DNA from: Fimbriosthenelais zetlandica
Lineage: Eukaryota
NCBI GenBank assembly: GCA_977030845.1
Contig: OZ365115.1
Location: 10,230,001-10,294,000, forward strand
Length of the DNA: 64,000 nt
Reading direction: 5' to 3'
Under the pieces are notes generated by a model, which was not told the DNA's origin, made no database searches, and saw only the letters and a program-made list of their open reading frames with translations. This document shows positions 12,320 to 21,780 of this stretch, in pieces. The first letter of the stretch is position 1. Every line of letters starts with the position of its first letter. The position numbers were made by a program, and so were the translations under genes.

Positions 12320-12538
12320 TCACTGCAGCGAGCACCCCGGCGTGGCAGCAGGAGTCACTCCGGAACCACCGGGTGACGTGTGGTGGCTAGATCTAGATGC
12401 TGATTGGTTGGTGCTGTTGTTGCCATGTAAACTGGTGGCGGTGGTGGCCGCAGATGAGGCGGTTGTGGTGGCAGAGCCAGTAGCTGGGCCAGAGGATGTA
12501 GACGGGGTGTTGGAAGAGCTGTTGTTGCCATCTCCTAG
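12320..12538 (-). CDS. Putative stop-codon readthrough extension of Kv-beta (72 codons plus second TGA), ending in CaaX-like CSLQ
   Basis: First stop TGA followed by CTAG. In frame: LGDGNNSSSNTPSTSSGPATGSATTTASSAATTATSLHGNNSTNQSASRSSHHTSPGGSGVTPAATPGCSLQ*. GC-rich relative to the AT-rich UTR that follows. Confidence 0.7.
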   Translation of the reverse strand, partial: LGDGNNSSSNTPSTSSGPATGSATTTASSAATTATSLHGNNSTNQSASRSSHHTSPGGSGVTPAATPGCSLQ

Positions 12539-12631
12539 TCACCTCGTGTTGTGCTCCCGAGTGCGGACTGGTTTATTGTTCAGGATCTTGTCTATCTCAT
12601 TCATCACTACATGAGTCAGCTTGGGTACAAA
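12539..12631 (-). CDS. KCNAB2: KCNAB last exon, to first stop
   Basis: ttcttccag|TTT GTA ... ACG AGG TGA; [30 protein letters not shown]. Confidence 0.95.
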   Translation of the reverse strand, partial: FVPKLTHVVMNEIDKILNNKPVRTREHNTR

Positions 12632-15600
12632 CTGGAAGAATGAGTGTTTTTATTAGATTAAACAAAGCATATATCACTCCAATTCCTTTCGGGATATTGG
12701 ACAAGTTAGTAGATTTCGAAAAAGCGTTTGACACTCTTAAACGTGACATAATTATGAGCAACTTCTGAGCAAAACGTTCAATACTGGCTTTGCCAAAACG
12801 GGACTTGCCTAAATTGGTCCTTAAATATCTATCAGGTCATGCTAAAACAATTGTTACACCAAATCAGAACCAATGCATGGACATTATAAGATATTATAGG
12901 CTATTGGCGTCCCACTGGGTACAATACTGACCCATTACTGTTCTTAATTTCCATGAATGATTTGAGATGAGTATAACCTACTGTTCATATAACTTTGAGG
13001 ACCAACCTACCTGTAGAGCCTGCATATTTTCATACAGTTGTTCTACAGATGCAGCACCAAGCAGAACACAGTGGACATTCTCATTTTTCAGGCACCAAGC
13101 TGTAAAGAGAAACAAAAGAATGTTTCACAGCAATCAAAACTTGTTGCAAACTAATCTAGTAGCCTATATAGGCCTAGCCAGTATAGGCCTAATGAAATGT
13201 GGTCTTGCTCAATAATCTTTAGGAACGCTAGGCCTAAGTCTATGCTTAATATTCTTTTTGAAACAGGTTTCTGAAGCTTATATGACATGCTAAATCTTGT
13301 TAAATACAGATATGTAACATTAATGGTAAGAATACCGATTGCGAGTTGGGAAAGGGAACAGCCAATTCTGTCAGCAATAACAGCAAGTTCCCGTAATTTA
13401 GCTTGTTGTCTCCGACCCTCTTCACTCAGGATGCGATCTTTGAGCCAACCATATCCCTGAAAATGTTGAAAACGACAATGAAAAAGACATCTTGCAGGAA
13501 AGATGATATTGAATTTATCATTGAAGATGTAGAAATCGGAAGACATATTATTCATAGGTCGGCCTAAGCAGATACAAAATCCATATCCGATTATTCGATA
13601 TATTGAAAAAGGTGATTGCATAGTCCAAATTGGAGAATCTTTATGGGCATGTGAATGGAAGAAACGTGATTAACTTGAAAATGTATAGATCTAAGCTATT
13701 AACTACAATTTTAATTAAGTTTTCCACGTATTAATTCTGCCCAGGTACTCTCCTAATAAGCACAAGACACAGAATAGAAGTTAGACACAATGAATAAAAG
13801 GCTTAACATGACAGTGTACAGCTTACGTGTGCAAAGACGATATTATTGTCAAAATAAGACTGTCAGGCAATTTCAGTGACCAATAGAGACTGTCTCCGTC
13901 ATGTATGAATTCACAGTGAGTCCTACATCATCTTCCAAAAAGCAGAGACTCTCCAAATATTTAAGATATTTGAAAAAAATAATTATGACATATGCATATA
14001 ATTTTACAGATGTTATATATATACTTTTAGATTTGAATTGCTGACAGACTTATCGTGATTAGATCCAATGCTAATAGTCGACAAAAAAAAGAGAAAAATG
14101 AGGCAAATCTAGGTCCCAGCATTCCTCATGCAATCTCCTAGATAAGAACCTGCTGAAGGGCAAATTCCCCCAAAAGATCAAACTACATGTTTTAGAATTT
14201 AAATTTCTAAACAATTGTCAGGAATTACCGAAAAATAATAAGGGAATTTGCCCTTATTTGCCCGTGGTTGATGATTTTTAGTATCAGATCTCCAGAACTG
14301 TAACGATCTCTTATACAATGGTCCGATACAATTCCTTATAACCAATGGAGACCCCTGACTCTTAACAGACTCTTCCACCAATGTTATTTTATGTTATATA
14401 CATTTATGCAGGGCATAATGACATCAAAGCTTATCTCAACAAATTATCACACAAGCACCAGATCTTCACTGATCACACATGCATACTGGTCAAAGAAATG
14501 AAAGCAAAGAAACATTGTTCTGAAGCCCATGAAAAAATATATATAAATAATAAACCCATGAAAATAATTTAAGCAATAATGATGTTAAAATGAAAAAAGT
14601 ACATCCTAGATGTATATAAATTATTTGCGATGTATAGCTTTTTCCCCTTCATTGCACCGTTCTGATAAGTGTAAATCAAGTGTTCAAGCAATCTGTTTGA
14701 AATGTTAAGTATGAATCACGGAGAAGACCTTGATCACCATCTTGACCTTAGCTTTCTACTGACCTGACTCGCCTGTTGAAGCAGCCATCAGAAGATGATT
14801 AGAATTATAATTGACCACATTTATAAAAACTGAAATATCTAGCCCAGAGCTCTCCTCAAGAACTAATCCCAAATTTGATTGAAAACAATGTCTAAACCAC
14901 TAAATGGGACCATGTTTTTGTGTGTACAAAATCTAAGACATAGGCCGACATATTATGGGCCTTCCCCAAGAATATTTTTTCCTATTTTATTGTGATAGTG
15001 AGGAATGCGTTTTGGAATGAGTAAAACATTTATTCCATGCGTATGTTGAAAAAATAGTAATAGCAATTACACTTTTTATGCTAGTAATTTAGAATTTCAA
15101 GTGCCAATTCGAAATGGGAGCCCCAGCTAGGTAATCTATGTAGGCAGTTGTAAGATATCAAGTATAGTGTTTGCCTAATGCAAAAAAAAGATTGCCTTCT
15201 TTTTATTGTGAATTTTTCGTGTGTAGATTTTTGTTGAACTCACCTTCAGTGCTGCCCGAGAGAGTGTTGGGATACCATCATCATACTTGCCGGTGAGAAT
15301 TCCACATGCTAACGGGGACCAGGTCATAGCACCAATGCCTACACAAAACAACACGGACAAATAACCTAAAGTTACCATGGAAACTAAAAATCTAAATAGA
15401 CATTACCCCAGCACTGGCCATAGTAGAAGAGATGAGGTAAAACACCCAAAGCAATTTTGAAACCTGCTTTTAGGTTATTTTACTATTAAGTTGAAAGAAA
15501 AGATTGTTAATTTGTTCAGTAAGGGGGATTGCCATGGTAACTCGTGCAACACACCAGGAACAGTCTAGTAACCATAAACAACATCATGGGTTTTGATGTC

Positions 15601-18600
15601 AGATGATGTCGTAAGGTTGGGGTATAAAGTTACATTAGGGTAGAGGAGAAGGTAATTCATATTAAACAACACAAAATTAGAGGACATACAGATTTTCATG
15701 TCAAAAATCAAAACAAGGTCTTTATTCCCTGTCAAACAGTAGGGCCTAATGCGAAAGTAATTTTTTTTCATCATTTCCCTTCTTAAAATGTTCGAAAAGA
15801 TAATTTTACAACTTATATAATAGTCAGGTATTCCCTGTGATGAAAAGTCTATGAGGGTCATGTAAGAGGGTAAACGTTATAGAGGAAAGAAAGGAAGTTG
15901 TTGGAAAGGAAGTACTCGGGGTGGAATGAGAAGAGGGATGGGATCCAATAGAAGGACGTTTAAAATTGAAATGGCTGACGTGGTCCAAATTAATAGTCAG
16001 AACTTTGAGCCCATATAATGTCAGAGCTGAGGGTTTAATATTTTGGTAGATAAGCCCAATTCTATTCTCATAGTTTGGTATTGAATTTATGCTCTCTGGT
16101 TTAGGGCATATTTTTTCATGTTACCATACAGGAAGCTAAAGACATAATCAAAGACAAGTAAAATCAAAATTAAAAAGGTTCATGTTAAATACAAATCCAA
16201 TGCAAAAAAATAGTATAAAAATGAAACAGTTTAGACAACAGAGGGGAATAACAGTGAAGAAATAGTTGCCCAGACTTCTTGAGACATTTTTTACACAAAA
16301 GAATATTCTAAACGTCTGCCATTCTAAACGAGGATGAGAAATAAAATCATTCCATCATACAGTGTCTGAGAGCACCTGGGCAGTAGATTTTTTACCAAAT
16401 AACATCGGTTTTCAGTGACCTTGATCCTGCAGTAGTACAATGAAAAGTACTAGCAAAACAAAGAAATCAGTTTGAAAAGAGATCAAGAGCATCACTCTTG
16501 TCATAATCAGACACTAAACATGTCTTTCAACCTCATTTGCCCAAAAGGAGATCTCGGGAGACTTTTCCCAAGGGATAGTCACTAAACTTCCTCTCACATG
16601 ACCTGGGACTGACCTTGCGGGCTGCACGAGTGTACATGGGGATACCGTCGTCGTACTTCCCCGTTAGAAAACCATGGGCGAGTGGTGCCCAGGTCATAGT
16701 ACCTAATCCTAACAAACAAGATCATACCATTTAAAGTAAAATCAGTCACCCTGTCTCTATGAAAATGCCTAGGATTTTTCAGCTGTTTCCACTTGCATGT
16801 ACAGTATATCTGAACCAAAGCTACCTCGAACTTTAGCATAGGGCCTAATGACAATTTTTTTCAAGTAATTACATTACTCGTAAAATGTTGTGACGAACTT
16901 TTTATCGAATATATTGTCCTCTTTTACTTCTTCTGATTCTTCTAGTTCGTTTCATATGTAATTTTGTAGAATATTGAAGGGCAAACATGTGTATTAGTCG
17001 CATAGCAAAGGTTGGATCAGTCTAGATTATCAGGCATAGTGCATGTTAATTAGGCCTATAGGTGGGTGACTTACCAATTTTGTGGTAGAGTTCAGGCATC
17101 TGAATCTCAACCTTCTCTCGTTGGAAGAGATGATATTCTGCCTGCTCGGCGATGGGCGGGATTAGGTTAAATTGCCGTGCTACCGAGTACGCCTCCTGAA
17201 ATCAAATTTATCATTGTTACTTGGGTATATTTAGTAGGTTTCTACCTTGAATTATCAATGAGAAAGTAGAGTCTACTTTATTACTATTAGTGCTAGTAAA
17301 CAGTTAAACTAGTCCAAGTTCTTGTCGAACTATTTATCGTACTAGTACTGGTCGTACTTGTCCCACTTATCTAAAAAATACTAGACGAGTACTGTAGTAA
17401 ATATGGCTGGTCATTCATGCGGAACATTCCCCTCCCCTCTGACCAGCTGACCCCCTCCCCCTGATCAGGTGATCCCTGCCTTGCTCCACTGCCCTGTCCA
17501 GTCAGTTGGACTCCATTAGCTGCGATTTACGGACGTATACAAGACAATACTCTTAGATTACAGCTACCAACTCAACCCCTTCATATCATACCATCTACAC
17601 AGTTGTAAGAACCTTAAAACCGGACATAGTTTTACTACATTTGGTGCCAGGAGTGATTTGCTACTGTGGAATTTAAATGGTTTTCCTCACCGTTTGTCAG
17701 AAGCATGTGAAGGGGACAGGTATGCATTGCTCATTCCCGGACTGTGTGACTGGGGCTTGGTGCATTTCACTTCATATATTATCCTAATAACTGTCATTCA
17801 TTCACAGCGGGCTAGCACTAGGAGTGTAAATCCACTGGAGGAACCAGTAATTAGGATTCGTCATACATTACCTACATTGTATATTTATATGTTTCATATC
17901 ACCTGCATATATTAGCCTGACAACTGTAATTCTTTCACACCGGGCTAACACTTGGAATGTAAATCCAGTGAAAGAACCAGTCATTGGGATTCATTATAAG
18001 ACCTAACAACTGTAATTATTCTACAATGGACTAACACTTGGAGTGCAAATCTAGTAGAGGAATCGGTCATTAGGAATTATGCCATTTCATCAAAACTTGT
18101 ATTAATTTATGTTCATGTGCATGCCTGCATGACGGGCCAAGTCGGGTGTTTATGAAAATGTGGCTCATAGCTTTAGTGGTTTGACCGGTACCATAACTTG
18201 CTAAATACTCGACACTGATCACTTTAATCATAGGCCCAATGAAATGATTTTTTGTCTGGGGTTCTCTCCTGACGGTTGATATAAAATTTGGAACGTGATT
18301 GAAGACTATTACAAACTATTCATTACATTTTAACTCTGGTTTATCATCCGGAAGTTTTTATGATTGACATAGTCTATGTCAGATGCATCCTCCAACAGGA
18401 AGGGACCTTTATAAAACAGGGGGGTGTGTAGTAAATATGGCTGGTCATTCATGCGGAACATTCCCCTCCCCTCTGACCAGCTGACCCCCTCCCCCTGATC
18501 AGGTGATCCCTGCCTTGCTCCACTGCCCTGTCCAGTCAGTTGGACTCCATTAGCTGCTATTTACGGACGTATACAAGACAATACTCTTAGATTACAGCTA

Positions 18601-21600
18601 CCAACTCAACCCCTTCATATCATACCATCTACACAGTTGTAAGAACCTTAAAACCGGACATAGTTTTACTACAGTACTAAGTACATTAATACTCGACTAG
18701 TTATCTGTACCAGTATTAATACTAGTACATGTACCAGGAAAAAGATGAACATACCATAATCTCCATAGGCGACCACCGAGACGTGCCCCAGTACATACTC
18801 CAGCCCTGGTTGATCACATGGGTGAATGCCCGAACGATCTCTGGAATAAAGTATGACAAATTCGCTGAAATCATTTAAGAATCCTTACGTTTAAACGCAG
18901 AAGTAAGGAATCTATATAGTCTGCCTGCCTGTTACCTAGGCGAAATTCAGCACGGTCTCTTAAGTGTCTTCAACGAGTGCCTTTTAAAAAATTTCATAAA
19001 ATGAAACTTTTATAATTTTGGTGTAGATTGATACCCACCTTCCATCGGGGTGTGGGGGTCAGGTTTATTGGCAAAAACAACATCAACGTATTCTAACTGG
19101 AGTCGCTCCAACGATCCCCGCATGCCTGGATGAAGAGTAAAAATGATGTAAGACCGACATAATTATAACATGTCAATTCTGGCTTATACTTTATAGTTCC
19201 TGATGTAGTAAATTATTTTTCAAATTATAAACAATTCGAAAGAAATAAGTATATGAACCAGTAATTACTCTTACCTTCGATGATGTGTTTTCTTGAAAGA
19301 CCTTTTTCTGTTTCGGCCCTGCAGGAGGAGAGTTAATGAAGGTTTTAAACTTTCGAATTACATTATTAAATTTAGATTATGACTATAGAATACGGATAAA
19401 TTATTCAAATATAAAGCATTGATGTTAAAACTTACTTTCCTCCCCAATAGAGCTTTGTTGACACTATGTAACTCGACCTCCTGGAATGATAGAAGTGTGA
19501 TAGAATTTTTTAAACATTATGTGATCTGTTCTTTACTTATTAGATCCATACATATTCATGATCTTTTCCTCCAATGACCAAATACAATGGTTAAACAGCC
19601 ATTTTTTTTTCTAAAGTGGAATTAAGGGGAACATGATAATAGCCATTAACTTACCTCCATTGTTTTTTCTTTAGGATTTTTCCAAGAACTACTTCCGCTC
19701 TGCAAATATAAAATAATTAAAAACACTGAAAACCTTATTTTCTGGAGGTGAGGTCAATTCAAAATTAAGCGGGTAGAAAGAAATCCACAGAGACACATGC
19801 GAAAAAGGGATGTTAAGACACTATCCCGTACCCGACACTATCCCGTACCCGACACTATCCCGTACACGGTTAAGTCAATGGGAGTCAGTAGATCGGCTGG
19901 AATGACACTATCCCGTAGACAGGCCATTAAACTGAAGGAGCTGTGTTTATCAGGAATATAGTATAAACTTATCTTTTCCATGAATTCAATTTAATTCACT
20001 CTAACAAATTAGAAATAGTTAGTTTGGAATCTTTCAACCAAGGGCGGGAAACATGTCATGCGGAGGGGTGCTCGAGTGTCTGCCTCTGTTGGTAAATAAA
20101 GGAACCACTGTCAGTGACGTGACGTTGCTAGGTAAAATGTTGCTTGGTGCAGAGCGCGACGTCAGGGTCACCAAGAACAATGATAGCAATGGCGGACTAC
20201 AGCGGGGATGCGATCATGCAAAGAGGCTGTTTTAAACAATTTTAAGGTATTTTGCATTACATAATTATTAATTCCTCGTGAAAATAGGAAATACAGGCTT
20301 TAACATTGTTTACTTTGCCCTGTGGGCCCAGTGTGGGCTACAGTGTAGGCCTAGGCTAGGGCTAGCCTAGGCCCCGCGGCAGTGTCAGCGAATCGTTTGC
20401 CTATTAGTATTACTACTACTAGTATTTAATTTATGTATTAAGACAAAGCTGCAATGCAGCCTACATTTTATCGTTTAAATGAGAGCTTTAATTAATAATT
20501 CTCGTAAAATAAAATAATCTAAAGTAATATTGTTGTAAATGACCAGTCCTGCAGTGTAATTGGCGATTGGGTACGGGATAGTGTTGGGTACGGGATAGTG
20601 TCGGATACGGGATAGTGTCTTAACAAGGGAACTCACTTCCCGGCCGCATAGACCTCGGCCGTATCAAACACGTTGATCCCACTTTCATAGGCCAACGTGA
20701 CAATCTCTTCAGCTGTCTGAAAAATAATAATGAAAATATTCATTGAAGGAGAACTCGTGATTTGTACACTCATGTCAATAATTTCTTTTCTATCAATGCC
20801 TAATTTCCGTCACATATTATGCAGACGCATAAACATATAGGCCTATAATTAATTTATCCGATTTTCAGGGAATACATAAGTACAATGTCGTCACCGACTT
20901 TCATTTTACATGTACACAGGGGATTAATAAGAATTAAACTTTAAACTTTCAATACTTACTTCATCCGTAATTTGAGCGCCGAAGGTTACCCATGTGCCTG
21001 GAAACATAGATTATTTAATTACAAACCAATCAAGTGACCAATTGACCATGCTCATCTTTTATAAAATAGTCCCTGGTCTCATCCAAATTAAAGCTTCATG
21101 AGACTTTCCGCAACACGGGAAAGAACTCTTAACCTCATCAAAGTTGGAATACTTATGATGGAGAGAAAATCAACTTAAGGAACGATCAAAACCGAGAATG
21201 TAACAACTTGTACGGCAGACTGTCTCCATCATGTGAGAGCACTCGTGAATGGTGAATTAATGATGACTGTGTTACCACAGTCCGCTCTCTGAGGGTACAA
21301 ATACCCGCTCCACTCATCGAGTGGCCAGCTGGTTGAAGTATGGATATTTTACAGTTATGGTGGAGAGTATATAGAATCTCATGGGACCTTTCGGGTTGGA
21401 GGAGCATGTTATATGCATTGCTTGTATTGCTGAGGTGGAAATAATGAAACGGTGGGTACGACTTGGAGAAGGAAGGGGCAGAAATTACCTCTTGGGGAAG
21501 TATGTATGAGATTTTTATGGCCGTTAACCTTTAAGACATGAAGGACCGCTATATAGAAAGTCCCTATAGCTATAATTACAAGGTCGAAGTGCTCTTTCTC

Positions 21601-21780
21601 CCTCTCTAGTATACATATATAATGTCTAATTCCATATAATCAGCGATATAAATTATATTGTTTGAAGTATATTACATTCCTTCATTATATGGTTTCGTAT
21701 CATAGCACGCGTTTACCATAAAGTAGCTAAACTCACCTAGTCCCATATTGGAGACTCGGAGCCCAGACTTGCCCAGGTTT
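12539..21780 (-). CDS. KCNAB2: Voltage-gated potassium channel beta subunit (Kv-beta2/Hyperkinetic-like, aldo-keto reductase fold), conserved core, 328 aa
   Basis: GT-AG exons in phase encode [197 protein letters not shown]-[exon A or B][100 protein letters not shown]. Residues equivalent to the Kv-beta2 active site D85, Y90, K118, N158 are intact. The symbol denotes the family; paralog-level orthology was not tested. Confidence 0.96.
12712..12964 (+). mobile_element. Degenerate CR1/L2-type LINE reverse-transcriptase fragment in the last KCNAB intron
   Basis: DFEKAFDTL at 12712; GVPLGTIL-(frameshift)[11 protein letters not shown] at 12906-12964; stops and frameshifts between. Confidence 0.75.
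13011..13099 (-). CDS. KCNAB2: KCNAB exon
   Basis: ctctttacag| ... |gtaggt; [30 protein letters not shown]. Confidence 0.95.
13336..13456 (-). CDS. KCNAB2: KCNAB exon
   Basis: attttcag| ... |gtattc; [40 protein letters not shown]. Confidence 0.95.
15244..15338 (-). CDS. KCNAB2: KCNAB mutually exclusive exon B (canonical-like NADPH-binding segment)
   Basis: ttttgtgtag|GC ATT GGT ... CTG AAG|gtgagt; 95 nt; [32 protein letters not shown]. Confidence 0.93.
16614..16708 (-). CDS. KCNAB2: KCNAB mutually exclusive exon A (variant NADPH-binding segment)
   Basis: ttgtttgttag|GA TTA GGT ... CGC AAG|gtcagt; 95 nt; [32 protein letters not shown]. Confidence 0.85.
17075..17195 (-). CDS. KCNAB2: KCNAB exon
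   Basis: atttcag| ... |gtaagt; [40 protein letters not shown]; ends phase 1. Confidence 0.95.
17393..18673 (+). mobile_element. Intact non-autonomous miniature LTR retroelement (TRIM-like), 1281 bp
   Basis: Two 247-bp LTRs (17393-17639, 18427-18673), each TGTAGTAAA...TTTACTACA, differing at 1 position. PBS TGGTGCCAGGAGTG at 17642-17655. Purine-rich tract aaaacaggggggtg at 18413-18426 abuts the 3' LTR. 4-bp TSD GTAC at 17389-17392 and 18674-18677. No gag/pol ORF in the 787-bp interior. Confidence 0.92.
18755..18840 (-). CDS. KCNAB2: KCNAB exon
   Basis: attccag| ... |gtatgt; [29 protein letters not shown]. Confidence 0.95.
19039..19125 (-). CDS. KCNAB2: KCNAB exon
   Basis: catccag| ... |gtgggt; [28 protein letters not shown]. 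Confidence 0.95.
19275..19318 (-). CDS. KCNAB2: KCNAB exon
   Basis: cctgcag| ... |gtaaga; [15 protein letters not shown]. Confidence 0.95.
19436..19480 (-). CDS. KCNAB2: KCNAB exon (catalytic K)
   Basis: cattccag| ... |gtaagt; [15 protein letters not shown]. Confidence 0.95.
19655..19699 (-). CDS. KCNAB2: KCNAB exon
   Basis: tttgcag| ... |gtaagt; [15 protein letters not shown]. Confidence 0.95.
19817..20619. mobile_element. TTAA-flanked MITE with subterminal 17-bp tandem repeats (Kolobok-like termini)
   Basis: TTAA at 19813-19816 and 20620-20623. Left end (gacactatcccgtaccc)x3, right end the inverted equivalent x3. Termini GA...TC fit the RR...YY rule of Kolobok rather than the CC...GG of piggyBac. 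Confidence 0.8.
20637..20716 (-). CDS. KCNAB2: KCNAB exon (catalytic D and Y)
   Basis: attttcag|ACAGCT ... GGGAA|gtgagt; [27 protein letters not shown]. Confidence 0.95.
20960..20997 (-). CDS. KCNAB2: KCNAB exon
   Basis: gtttccag|GC ACA TGG ... GAT GAA|gtaagt; [13 protein letters not shown]. Confidence 0.95.
21737..21780 (-). CDS. KCNAB2: KCNAB first common exon (phase-2 acceptor)
   Basis: cttttcag|A AAC CTG GGC AAG ... CTA G|gtgagt; (R)[14 protein letters not shown]. Confidence 0.95.

Noticed and set aside
12342-12614. 90-aa + strand ORF (MAAGVTPEPPG...)
   Set aside because: It is the antisense shadow of the KCNAB last exon and readthrough extension; no ATG start or splice support.
17393-18673. 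Simple segmental duplication as the explanation for the 247-bp direct repeat
   Set aside because: TG...CA ends, PBS, PPT and TSD together indicate LTR retrotransposition.
19817-19921. Short direct repeats (also 63544-63930) superficially resembling a CRISPR array
   Set aside because: Eukaryotic intron context, head-to-tail repeats or long irregular spacers, mirrored at a transposon end, and no cas genes.
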